A model generated the notes under the pieces. The model was not told where the DNA came from and did not search any database. It saw only the letters and a program-made list of their open reading frames with translations. This document shows positions 1 through 8,917 of a stretch of 64,000 nucleotides of DNA, piece by piece. Made by a program: the position numbers and the translations under genes. Numbering within the stretch: the first letter of the stretch is position 1; each line of letters starts with the position of its first letter. This DNA comes from a bacterium (lineage in GTDB: Bacteria > Vulcanimicrobiota > Xenobia > Xenobiales > JADMJV01). The stretch spans positions 599 to 64,598 of the forward strand of contig JASBRJ010000054.1 of the NCBI GenBank assembly GCA_030149525.1, written 5' to 3'.

Positions 1-322
1 CGCTTGTCTTGAAACGCTCACGCCTCACATCCCAATGAGGCTCATGCTCTATGGGGATCAGGCACGCGTCGTGGGTCCAATCTTCAAAAAGGGCCCGGTC
101 CTTCTCGAAGTGACTCTTGAGGTGGTGGCGTCGGTATCCGTCCCAGCGAGCTCCCAAAGTGAGATGATGGGCCCGCTCCAAGACATTGATAGAATCCAGT
201 TGAACATAGCCGAGTCGACGAACCAACTCACCCGTGTCTTGTCTTCCGGCCGGAGAGCGCAAAAGGTCCTGCCCTTTCAAGATTAGTTTTCTCGCCTGAG
301 CCGGGCTCAGCGTCTCCATCAT
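1..322 (-). CDS. YcaQ-family winged-helix DNA glycosylase-like protein. Only the N-terminal 107 aa are present because the gene runs off the window start.
   Basis: My translation of the minus strand from ATG at 320-322: MMETLSPAQARKLILKGQDLLRSPAGRQDTGELVRRLGYVQLDSINVLERAHHLTLGARWDGYRRHHL... This matches the conserved N-terminus of YcaQ (DUF1006) proteins. An AGGAG Shine-Dalgarno lies upstream on the minus strand. Confidence 0.55.
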   Translation of the reverse strand, partial: MMETLSPAQARKLILKGQDLLRSPAGRQDTGELVRRLGYVQLDSINVLERAHHLTLGARWDGYRRHHLKSHFEKDRALFEDWTHDACLIPIEHEPHWDVRRERFKTS

Positions 323-531
323 TTTCTCCTTCTGTCAACTTCTGTCATACACCGCCGGTAGCTTCGGGTTATGTTTCAGAATGTTCCAAAGGCTCCTAGC
401 TCGTGCTCGGTCAAAATTAAGAATCCGGCCCGAGCGGTAGTACCCCAAGTATCTTTTCCAACTCCCCCATTAAGAAATCCATCAAACCGCCGAAGCTTTC
501 TCCTGGGGGAAACTCGTCAGGAAAAAGTGAC

Positions 532-1308
532 TTGAGACAACGTACAGTTCTTATACTCTCCTCTCAAAGGGTTCTCGTGGATCTTATCGTCCGCCAATTG
601 GGTGGAGAATTCGACGATTTGAAAATCCTCTGCTCCAGTAGCGTTTCGCACACTTTGCATCTTTTGGAGAAACACAGCTTTGATATAGCAATTTGCTGCA
701 ACCGCCTGATCAGCCAGCGGCTTTTTCATATCTTCAACAAGGAAGATACCGCAATTATCGTTTTGAAGCGAAATCGCTTTGAGGCCATTTACGCTCCGCT
801 GAGGGAACACAATGTGGGACAAATCTATCTCAACGAGAGCTGGAGCCATCGGCTGTTCACTCTTTTTAGGTCTCGATGCAACCCTAAACTTTTCCGCCAA
901 GAAGCCCGTTTCCATATCCCCTCCCTGACGGCGGAACTGGCTGTAGCTCACTTTAGGGCCAAGGCGGAAGTGTTGAACGTCAACTCCCACGCCTTTCTGA
1001 TCGACTTCGACTATCGGCCGGAGTATGCCGGACTTTTGAACGGACTGTCCGCTACGCTGAACTTCCCCGTTCACTACCCGCACAAGACATTGGGTCCGGT
1101 GGAGGGGGCGGTTTTGAGAATCCATATTCTTGAGACTTGCAAGAACGGGATTCCAAGACGCATTCGTATGGTTGTTCTGATGAGGCAAATGACCGACGAA
1201 CAACAGAAACATCTCCACAGCAATCTCGATCAAGCCGCTCGGGAGACAGCCAACTACGAGGAACAGGTTGAACCGGACGATCAGGTCTACATCGCTTCAG
1301 GGGAGTGA
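532..1308 (+). CDS. Hypothetical protein with an N-terminal receiver (REC)-like fold
   Basis: 258-aa ORF. Its N-terminus (VLILSSQRVLVDLIVRQL...FDIAICCNRL) resembles a response-regulator receiver domain. The overlapping minus-strand ORF at 517-1233 looks less protein-like. Confidence 0.35.
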   Translation: MRQRTVLILSSQRVLVDLIVRQLGGEFDDLKILCSSSVSHTLHLLEKHSFDIAICCNRLISQRLFHIFNKEDTAIIVLKRNRFEAIYAPLREHNVGQIYLNESWSHRLFTLFRSRCNPKLFRQEARFHIPSLTAELAVAHFRAKAEVLNVNSHAFLIDFDYRPEYAGLLNGLSATLNFPVHYPHKTLGPVEGAVLRIHILETCKNGIPRRIRMVVLMRQMTDEQQKHLHSNLDQAARETANYEEQVEPDDQVYIASGE

Positions 1309-1716
1309 CTTGAGTCTGAACTCCCAAGTGACACTTTTCTGACCTTCACCCGAAATTGTTGCCTGCAAACGATCGCCTACTCGGCGATAGTCGAGCCGCT
1401 GGGGGAAGTCGTGTTGAAGGTTCTGAAAAACAGCCCGGTGTTGTTCGGATTCCACGAGCTCAAAAGAGGTCCAAACCTTTCCCAGAGGGCAGGCCCGATA
1501 GACGACTCGACCGTCTGAGAGTTCGATACGAAGATGTTCGAAGAACACGACGGAACCATCCTTGAACTGGCGATTGAAGCCCATAAGGTTGCCGCCACGA
1601 ACCTCGCTCCAAACCTCTTCGTTACGATCGTTAACCCAATGTCCTGTGAGCCAGGACAGGTCTTGCGCCATAACGCCGGAGGAGAGCAAAAGCACCAGAA
1701 ATAATGTTCGTACCAT
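1297..1716 (-). CDS. Secreted DUF6265-like hypothetical protein
   Basis: Start placed at an internal Met giving a signal peptide, MVRTLFLVLLLSSGVMAQ. The mature part (LSWLTGHWVNDRNEEVWSEV...) resembles the DUF6265 family. Confidence 0.5.
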   Translation of the reverse strand: MVRTLFLVLLLSSGVMAQDLSWLTGHWVNDRNEEVWSEVRGGNLMGFNRQFKDGSVVFFEHLRIELSDGRVVYRACPLGKVWTSFELVESEQHRAVFQNLQHDFPQRLDYRRVGDRLQATISGEGQKSVTWEFRLKSLP

Positions 1717-1777
1717 CTTGGAATGATACACCCGAAGACCCGATAGGGAAACCACCGGACAATAAGAAGCCTTCCGA

Positions 1778-3643
1778 GTGGACCGATTTCTCAACAATCT
1801 CAGTAAATTAGGACGCCGGGACTCCGGGGGAACTTTCACCATCGACATGAGTCGCGCTCGCTTCAAATTGGCAGAATTCCAACTGGCCAAATACGAGCAC
1901 TATCCGAGATTTCTCCTCTCGGCAGCTGAAGCGGCCGGTTGCTCCTCACTGGACGTGACCCTTGTCCGGAGTAAAAAGCATGTGGCAGGTTTCATCACCA
2001 CCGTCTTTTTTCGGGGCTGGGCATTCGAGGATGAACAGCTTCACTACCTCGATCCTCTGCGGCAAAACGAAAATCTGGCTCCCTCCGTCCGCTATTTGGG
2101 AATCGCCCTATCCGCTCTTTGCTCTCGGGTTCCGGTCACCCTGAGAAGCCGTCGCGGCAACAAGTTTCTGAAGGTGAAATTTTCTCGCGACGGAGTGGAC
2201 GCCTCTAACGAAACGCTGGCCAATTTCCCGGACAACACCACCACCCTGCGAATCGGCATCAACCAGGGTCCGGTGCTTGATGAGAGCTTTCGAGAGACGG
2301 CTTTTTGGGCAGGCACCCCGATCACGTTCAATGGTCAGACCTACGTGAGTGAGGAGAACTGGCAACAGCTCTTCCAGGATTCTCTGGCGGCCCTGGTCGG
2401 TCGCCATCATGATCCGAACATCGTGGATCCTGGGCTCCTCAATCCGCGCCTGAAGATAGACGACCCGGAGGAAGACTTTTCCGCAGGTCTCATAATGTTG
2501 ACCAGTCCGGAGAAAGCACGCCGAATCGGGCTCAAATTCCTGGTTCACGGATTAGCCTATCCGGCCCACCCGGACTTGGAAAAACTGGACACCGGTGTTT
2601 GCGGATATCTGCGGGCCGATCACCTCAAACGTGACCTCTCCTACCAGGCTCTCCGACTCGAACCAGATCTCACCCTGGCCCGCAACGCCCTTGCCGGAAA
2701 GGTGAAGCGTCTTGCCAACAAGGTGCTAGAAACCAGAATCGCCTCCGAATTTCGTCAGCAGGCTCGCCTGGAGCGACTGTCTTACTTTCTCGACGGTGTA
2801 GCCTCCTCGCCTGTCGATGAGGAAATCCAGGAGGTTGAAAACCCACACCTGGAGGCCCTTAAAGAATCCGGTAAATATTTAGAGAAAATCCGAACGAACC
2901 GCTCTATCCCAAGATTTGCTCTGCGCAACGTCCGGGAGTACCTGGAGTGGATGAGACGTCAGGACAGGACCTCGGAGAACGCCCTTCTCTTAGAGTTTCT
3001 CTTCTCCACTCTGGCAGGCCATGAGCCGGCCGTCCCTGCTGTGAACTCTCTAGTGAAGCGATACATCCAAAAGGTTCAGGAGTGGAGATGGGATGAAATG
3101 GCCCCTTTGGGGACGGCCATAGACTCTTCCTGGCTTCTCCCGGGCCGTTTTCAAGACGAGAGTCACACCCCTACCTCCCCCCTTCCGGACTGGGCCGAAT
3201 TGGTCGTTTTGCTTCAAAACGCTGGGGTGAAAGAAGCCCTGGAAACCCTGGAGAACAAACCCAAATTCGGACTGAAAGAACATGCCGACATCTGGTTCGC
3301 TCTCTTCTGGCACGGCTTCAAAGGCCAACTGGCCTGGGAATTGGAGACCCACATTCGTGCCCGGCTGTCCGTCTTGGCACCGGATGGCGACAGACGTGGT
3401 TGGCCGCTGGAGTATCTCTATTCAAACCATTACACGGAGGAGGATTTTTGGCCGCGATTTTTCTACACGATCGTCTTCCTCAAGGACAAGGAACGACTCA
3501 AGCAGTTTTGGCAAAACTTGATTTTTCAGTCTCTGGTCGACGCTGTGCTAAAGAGCGACGACTCACTTCAAGCCCTTCAAACACCGTTTTTGGAGCGAGC
3601 TTTGGAAGAAGACGAAACCATCTCTCCTCGACGATTTTTCTAA
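1778..3643 (+). CDS. Hypothetical protein, 621 aa
   Basis: Long uninterrupted ORF with protein-like composition. I recognise no family. Confidence 0.5.
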   Translation: MDRFLNNLSKLGRRDSGGTFTIDMSRARFKLAEFQLAKYEHYPRFLLSAAEAAGCSSLDVTLVRSKKHVAGFITTVFFRGWAFEDEQLHYLDPLRQNENLAPSVRYLGIALSALCSRVPVTLRSRRGNKFLKVKFSRDGVDASNETLANFPDNTTTLRIGINQGPVLDESFRETAFWAGTPITFNGQTYVSEENWQQLFQDSLAALVGRHHDPNIVDPGLLNPRLKIDDPEEDFSAGLIMLTSPEKARRIGLKFLVHGLAYPAHPDLEKLDTGVCGYLRADHLKRDLSYQALRLEPDLTLARNALAGKVKRLANKVLETRIASEFRQQARLERLSYFLDGVASSPVDEEIQEVENPHLEALKESGKYLEKIRTNRSIPRFALRNVREYLEWMRRQDRTSENALLLEFLFSTLAGHEPAVPAVNSLVKRYIQKVQEWRWDEMAPLGTAIDSSWLLPGRFQDESHTPTSPLPDWAELVVLLQNAGVKEALETLENKPKFGLKEHADIWFALFWHGFKGQLAWELETHIRARLSVLAPDGDRRGWPLEYLYSNHYTEEDFWPRFFYTIVFLKDKERLKQFWQNLIFQSLVDAVLKSDDSLQALQTPFLERALEEDETISPRRFF

Positions 3644-4632
3644 GGAAGAACTTCCACAAGCACCTTACCAAAACGAGCGAAGTCCTGGATGTGGGGAAGA
3701 TGGCCGAGGCCTTCCAACTCGATCAATTTCCCGTCGGGGATATCGGCCACGACCTTCTTGCCCAGGGCCGGGTAGTCGCCCATGGTAGCTGCAACTTCAG
3801 CTGAAACAAGGTTCTTCCCTAACGCTGTACGATCTCGCTGCCCCAGGATCAGCACGGTGGGAACATCCAGTTGGGAGAACTCGTACACTACCGGCTGGGT
3901 GAAAATCATGTCGTAGGTGAGCGCCGCATTCCAAGCCAGACGAGGATAGTCCGGGCTTTCCAGAGGAGCGGCCAAAAGATAGACCCAAGGGTCGTATTTC
4001 TTGTCCCACTCTCCGAAGTAGTAGCTCTCCAATTGATAATTCTTAATTCCGGCCGCTGTCTTCTTCAACTCCTGTTCATACCACTGATCCACGCCAACAT
4101 ACGGCACTTTGAGTTTCCAGTCTTCCAGACCAATAGGATTGACAAGAATGAGCCTTTCCGTGTTTTGGGGATACATCAGCGCGTAACGAGTGGCAAGCAT
4201 TCCGCCCATGGAGTGCCCTAGAACCACGCACCTTTGAATCCCCTCCTTCTCAAGAAGATTCCGCGTATTCTCGGCCAACTGCTGGAACGTGTATTGGTAA
4301 GAATCCGGTTTGGTCGACTTTCCAAAGCCTATCTGGTCGGGCACGATGACGTTGTAGCCTTCGGCCAGAAGCATCTTCATGGTCTCCCCCCAGTAGGCTC
4401 CGTTGAAGTTTTTCCCGTGCAAAAGCAGTACGGTGGTGCCGTTGGGCCGGGGACTCTTCTCATACTGATAAGCCATAGAAAGCTTCTGCTGTTGAGATCG
4501 GAAGGTGTATCTCTTCACTTGATACGGATAGTCGTAACCTTCAAGATTGATGCCGAGGGTCTCTCGGGCCAGAGCGGGCGAAAGCAGAAGGCTAAAACAA
4601 ACTAAAAATGCGAGAAGGTTGTGTTGACTCAT
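3640..4632 (-). CDS. Secreted alpha/beta-hydrolase fold enzyme
   Basis: N-terminal signal peptide and the GHSMGG nucleophile-elbow motif. There is also an HGKNFNGAYW-type oxyanion-hole region. Confidence 0.8.
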   Translation of the reverse strand: MSQHNLLAFLVCFSLLLSPALARETLGINLEGYDYPYQVKRYTFRSQQQKLSMAYQYEKSPRPNGTTVLLLHGKNFNGAYWGETMKMLLAEGYNVIVPDQIGFGKSTKPDSYQYTFQQLAENTRNLLEKEGIQRCVVLGHSMGGMLATRYALMYPQNTERLILVNPIGLEDWKLKVPYVGVDQWYEQELKKTAAGIKNYQLESYYFGEWDKKYDPWVYLLAAPLESPDYPRLAWNAALTYDMIFTQPVVYEFSQLDVPTVLILGQRDRTALGKNLVSAEVAATMGDYPALGKKVVADIPDGKLIELEGLGHLPHIQDFARFGKVLVEVLP

Positions 4633-4715
4633 ATTTCCGCACTTTAACGGGTTGACACCCGTGGCCTACACCCCCTGGGAGAACTTGAGGGACATCTGAG
4701 GGGATATATCCCTTC

Positions 4716-5591
4716 TCAGTAAGTCTGCTCCAAAGCGTGATAAATCCGTTGAATGTTATCGTACTGCTCTTCTGTGTAGTGAGTATCCAGAGGCTTCTGA
4801 GCAGCCGCCTGCTTGTATCCGCTGATAGCTCTGGCCAGGAGCCGAGGATCGCTTTTGTGGAGCGCGCGAATTCGCTCCTCAGAGAGGCTGCTCACCTCAA
4901 GTGCGGCCTGCCGATTCTTTCTATCGATCCGGTCAAACTCACCTTGATGGTGTGACGTCATGGTGCGAACCATCATTTCGTCGGCTCCACTGACCTTCAT
5001 ACAGTAATCGGTGGCAAGACCCGCCTTGCCGGCGACCCCTACGGGACCGGGCACCAGACTCATCCCGGTCAGAAAACCGTTACTCGCACTCTCCCAGGCA
5101 TCCACCCCACGGCCTTTGTAGGCAAAATATCCCACATGAGCAACGTCGTTGAAAATGGAGACACCGTTGGCGACATGGCCAAGAACTTTAGTCTTCTCGT
5201 TTTCACCGGCAAGACCGGCAGCGGAGGAGACCGACGACAAAAGCTCTGCTCCTCCTTGAGCATAGTTGCCCTGCTTAAAGTTGTGATAGGCGGAGCGAGC
5301 GTAGGTGACAGCCGAAGCGGTCGAGTTGGCAGCACCCACCCGCCCTTTAAGGCCTAAATCTGAGAGGGCGACGGTTCCACTTGGTTGAGGTTTCGTGAGA
5401 AGCTGGGCGCGGCGCTTGTGCTCCAGAGCCCAACGATTTCGTCTTACCCGGCGCTTCACCACTCGGGTCTCCTTACGCCACTTTTTCTCTCTTGGCAGTT
5501 CCTTCTTGAGGATGGCCATGCGTCGCTCCAACCGTCGTTGACTGAGTGTCTTGGGGGCGCTCTCACCATTGGAAATTGTGCTCATGTTCAT
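4716..5591 (-). CDS. Hypothetical protein with a strongly basic (K/R-rich) N-terminus
   Basis: 291-aa ORF. The N-terminal ~70 aa are Lys/Arg-rich (RRLERRMAILKKELPREKKWRK...). No recognisable domain. Confidence 0.45.
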   Translation of the reverse strand: MNMSTISNGESAPKTLSQRRLERRMAILKKELPREKKWRKETRVVKRRVRRNRWALEHKRRAQLLTKPQPSGTVALSDLGLKGRVGAANSTASAVTYARSAYHNFKQGNYAQGGAELLSSVSSAAGLAGENEKTKVLGHVANGVSIFNDVAHVGYFAYKGRGVDAWESASNGFLTGMSLVPGPVGVAGKAGLATDYCMKVSGADEMMVRTMTSHHQGEFDRIDRKNRQAALEVSSLSEERIRALHKSDPRLLARAISGYKQAAAQKPLDTHYTEEQYDNIQRIYHALEQTY

Positions 5592-5693
5592 CCTCCTCGC
5601 AGAATCATAAGTGCGACGCAGCCTCTCAATCAGTGACGGTCGTCAACAAATTCAAGGATCGGCGCTCATTCTTGAGAACATGAAGATTGAGTT

Positions 5694-6662
5694 ATGGATG
5701 CCGGAGCGATCATCGTTGGGTTACCGCCCTCCTACACAGCTAAAGCCAAGGCGGCTAAGGCCCCGCAAAAGACCTTCCCCCTGGAAGGTCGCAAAGGCGA
5801 TCTTTTCGAGGCGGTTTCTCATTTAGGCCGCACTAGCCCCGATGGGCCCACCTACCCCGGGATCGGCTCTATCATCTTCCCCTCGCTCGACGCCATGGAT
5901 GAAACGGTCAAAGCGCTGGGAAAGAAGCCTACCCCCGAGGAAGTCGACCGCTCTAACCTGCGAAGGCTCACTAGAGCTTTAGAACCCGTGCTTTCCGCCT
6001 ATCAGGATTGCTATCCGGAGAAAGGCTTCGACAAGGCTTCCAAAGAGTTGAAGTCGGTGGGGAAAGCTCTTGGGAGCTACAAAGATCTGGCTGTTGTGGA
6101 GAGCGAACTGAAGGCTGTTAACCACGGGGTGGTTCCCAAAGATGTCCAAAAGGCGCTGGACAAATCTCGCAAGAAGAGCGAGGAGAAGTTTAAAGACGCC
6201 TATCGACACTTTCGCAAAAAAGGGCTTCCGAAGGCCCAGGAAGTTCTCTCCAAACCCACCCTCACCGGCGTTCCCGACCCACAGAAACTGGTCAAAGATG
6301 ATCGGACTCGACTTTCGGCCCAGGTGAGCGATTGTCTCGGAAAAACAGAGAAAGTGGGTCTGCACAATCAAGATCCCCACGACTTCCACGAAGGCCGAAA
6401 AGCCTTGCGCTCCACCCTGAATGCCATCAACGCTTCTTCCCAAACCGTGCCGGTAGATAAGCCCGCGGTGGAGCGAGCGACCCAGTTGGTGGACCTTTAC
6501 GGACAAGCTCAAGACGCCAACATCTGTGCCGAGTGGTTGAAGGATAAGGGGTTCAAAGGTCTGGCTAAAAAGGCTCGAGCGCGCTTCGAAACCCTTCAAA
6601 GCCAAGCTCTCGAGCAGGCTCAAGGGTTCGACCTTCATTCCCTCAGGCCTCAGGACTCATAA
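5694..6662 (+). CDS. CHAD-domain-like protein
   Basis: Motifs resembling CHAD (conserved His/Arg helices): NLRRLTRALEPV and HDFHEGRKALRSTLNAI. Confidence 0.4.
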   Translation: MDAGAIIVGLPPSYTAKAKAAKAPQKTFPLEGRKGDLFEAVSHLGRTSPDGPTYPGIGSIIFPSLDAMDETVKALGKKPTPEEVDRSNLRRLTRALEPVLSAYQDCYPEKGFDKASKELKSVGKALGSYKDLAVVESELKAVNHGVVPKDVQKALDKSRKKSEEKFKDAYRHFRKKGLPKAQEVLSKPTLTGVPDPQKLVKDDRTRLSAQVSDCLGKTEKVGLHNQDPHDFHEGRKALRSTLNAINASSQTVPVDKPAVERATQLVDLYGQAQDANICAEWLKDKGFKGLAKKARARFETLQSQALEQAQGFDLHSLRPQDS

Positions 6663-6670
6663 ACTTCTCC

Positions 6671-7234
6671 ATGTCTCGAGAGCCGGAGCCACAAGTCGTC
6701 GGTCATGCCGTGCAAGAGTTTATCGACGGTAGTCTCAAGGACGGCGATGAGGTCCTCCTTCTTCTTCAAGAGCACAATAACCGACTTAGAGCCCAGGTGC
6801 CCACCAACCCGCAAGCGGCTCTTAGGGCCAACGTCTTTCCTCAAGCCTTTGAGCTGGTGAGACACGCCGTGCGCCTGGCCCAGGAGTTTGCCCGACGCCA
6901 AGACACCATGCGAGAAGAAAAAGCCCTCCACCTCCGAACCGGCCCGGTTTGTTGGGTGCATGGCCATCATCGCCACCTGGTAGGACCGGCCATGCTGGAT
7001 TGGGCGGAGTGTAACGAACGATTGGGAAACCAGGAGAAAGCCGCCATGATCTATGACGCGGTGGTGAAAGATTTTGTCGAAATTTTGGATTGGGACCAAA
7101 ACGATAAAGGCTATAAAATCGCTTTGGAATCGCTTAAGAAAGCGTTGGAGAAATCCCCGCAAGCGGCTCCGGCTCTCCTTGAAAAAACTAACAGAAAGCT
7201 TGCTGTGACTTTCGATAAACCATCTGAAAACTGA
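6671..7234 (+). CDS. Hypothetical protein, 187 aa
   Basis: Lies 8 bp after the preceding + strand gene, so operon-like. The plus-strand frame is more protein-like than the overlapping minus-strand ORF. Confidence 0.4.
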   Translation: MSREPEPQVVGHAVQEFIDGSLKDGDEVLLLLQEHNNRLRAQVPTNPQAALRANVFPQAFELVRHAVRLAQEFARRQDTMREEKALHLRTGPVCWVHGHHRHLVGPAMLDWAECNERLGNQEKAAMIYDAVVKDFVEILDWDQNDKGYKIALESLKKALEKSPQAAPALLEKTNRKLAVTFDKPSEN

Positions 7235-8378
7235 GCCAGGCCGCAAGACAGCTCGCGGCCACCAGAATCGGCATGGCCATGGGGGTGAGAGTTTGGAGAT
7301 ACCCGACCCCGCTTGCCGTAACCGCGGCGGCAACGCTTCCCATCAAGCCCATCAGCGCCGAAGCGCTTCCGGCACGGCCCGGTTGTTCTTCCAAGGCTCC
7401 GGTTGTGGCGCAGGGAAATGAAAAGCCGAGGCTCGCCACAAAACAAAAGATGGAGGCTTCAGCAAGAGCCAGCGGTCCCTCCCCCAACCATCCCAGCACA
7501 AAGAGTGGCAAGGTTGCCAAGAGTGTGATGGCAAGAACCCGGCTATAGACCCTTTGATGCCCGTATCTTCCCACCAATCGACTGTTGATCTGAGAGGCTA
7601 GAACAAATCCGGCCGCGTTGGCCCCGAAGACGATCCCGAACAGCCTGGGCGACATTCCAAAGAAGCTCTGATAGAGAAACGGCGACCCTGTGATGTAGGC
7701 GAAGAGTCCGATTCGGATGAAAGTTGAGGAGAGGGAGTAAGCCAAGAATCCACGATGCTTCAGTAACTCAATGAAAGTTCGAAAACTCCCCGTCAGACTG
7801 AGGGGCTTCCCTACCTCGGGATGAGTTGGTGGAACCTTCCAAAGTGTTCCAAGAAGACAGAGAAAGCCGTAAGCACCCATCATAAAGAAGAGAGGACGCC
7901 AACCTTGCCATTCCACGATGACGGCTCCAACGGAAGGAGCCAGGACAGGGGCGATCCCCATGATGAGAAGCAGGGCCGAAAAAACTCTGGCCATCTGAGC
8001 AGGCTCGAAAAGGTCCCTCACTACGGCGCGACAGATCACCATGCCCGCACAACCTCCAAGAGCTTGCACCACTCGGGCCAGAGCGAGCCATTCGATGGTA
8101 GGAGACACGGCACATAAAATGGAGCCGGCCAGATAGAGAACCAGCCCCACCAAGAGTGGCCCACGGCGGCCATAGCTGTCACTTACCGGGCCATAGATCA
8201 TTTGACCCACCGCGATACCGACAAAATAGCTTGCCATGGTATGACTGACGGCGGCGGCGTTGGTGGCGAACTCCTCTTCCAAAAGAGGGAAAGCCGGTAA
8301 GTAAAGGTCGATGGACATAGGCCCCATGGCCGCCAGGCAGCCAAGAACCAGTATCAGCGTTCGCCGGTCTCTCTCCAC
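7188..8378 (-). CDS. MFS transporter, Bcr/CflA drug-resistance subfamily
   Basis: 12-TM-like hydrophobic profile. The N-terminal signature MGPMSIDLYLPAFP...GRRGPLLVGL is typical of Bcr/CflA MFS pumps. Confidence 0.85.
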   Translation of the reverse strand: MERDRRTLILVLGCLAAMGPMSIDLYLPAFPLLEEEFATNAAAVSHTMASYFVGIAVGQMIYGPVSDSYGRRGPLLVGLVLYLAGSILCAVSPTIEWLALARVVQALGGCAGMVICRAVVRDLFEPAQMARVFSALLLIMGIAPVLAPSVGAVIVEWQGWRPLFFMMGAYGFLCLLGTLWKVPPTHPEVGKPLSLTGSFRTFIELLKHRGFLAYSLSSTFIRIGLFAYITGSPFLYQSFFGMSPRLFGIVFGANAAGFVLASQINSRLVGRYGHQRVYSRVLAITLLATLPLFVLGWLGEGPLALAEASIFCFVASLGFSFPCATTGALEEQPGRAGSASALMGLMGSVAAAVTASGVGYLQTLTPMAMPILVAASCLAAWLSFQMVYRKSQQAFC

Positions 8379-8387
8379 GGGGAGAGC

Positions 8388-8804
8388 CTACGGGATTGAT
8401 GGAGGAACTCCCCTAGCAGGCTTGGTCTTTCCTTGAACAATAGTCAGGGGACAAAGAACTCCACATTCAAGCTCTCGGAGCGTTCTCTGATGATTCTTCT
8501 GGAGCCTTGTCCCCACCAACCCGCTCCTGAGCAGCAGGGCCAGAAGAAGAGCGAAGAGTCCCAACTCGAGAAAACTACACAGCCGGCTCAGTTGCGCCGC
8601 CTCTGCCACTCCAAGCAGCGTGAACGGTCCGGTAACGGTGTCCAAGAACGCCGCCACCAGAAGGAGTAGAGTGATAAAGCCTATACACCTTATCGGCATC
8701 CGGCTCTCCTCCACGACCTCTTCATGAAACTGTTCCGAGAGCACGGCAGCGGCTCGTTCCATCAAAGCCTGGCGCGGGAAATCCTCGGGTATAACATTCT
8801 TCAT
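8388..8804 (-). CDS. Small membrane protein, hypothetical
   Basis: Start placed at MKNVIPEDF, which has a GGAGG Shine-Dalgarno. Contains two predicted TM helices. Confidence 0.45.
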   Translation of the reverse strand: MKNVIPEDFPRQALMERAAAVLSEQFHEEVVEESRMPIRCIGFITLLLLVAAFLDTVTGPFTLLGVAEAAQLSRLCSFLELGLFALLLALLLRSGLVGTRLQKNHQRTLRELECGVLCPLTIVQGKTKPARGVPPSIP

Positions 8805-8857
8805 AGCAGCCTCCGTGTGTAAAGAGGCGACGACAAGAGAAAAAGTTCGCACCGGTT

Positions 8858-8898
8858 AAAATAAAAAAGCCCGCAATCGTGGCGAAACGATTGCAGGC
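8858..8898 (-). terminator. Rho-independent terminator downstream of the S8 peptidase gene
   Basis: On the minus strand: GCCTGCAATCGTTTCGCCACGATTGCGGGC stem-loop followed by TTTTTTATTTT. Confidence 0.6.
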
Positions 8899-8917
8899 GA
8901 ATGCCTCTAGTCCATTC

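Noticed and set aside
35-286. 83-aa plus-strand ORF at the window start
   Set aside because: It lies antisense to a much better-supported minus-strand gene (YcaQ-family N-terminus with AGGAG Shine-Dalgarno and ATG at 320-322). It is probably a shadow ORF.
517-1233. 238-aa minus-strand ORF overlapping the 532-1308 plus-strand ORF
   Set aside because: Only one of the two can be real. The plus-strand product shows a receiver-like fold pattern, while the minus-strand translation has no recognisable features. The call remains uncertain.
6650-7333. 227-aa minus-strand ORF
   Set aside because: Its composition is Arg/Ser/Trp-rich and repetitive, typical of an antisense shadow of a GC-rich coding region. 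The plus-strand ORF at 6671-7234 is more protein-like.
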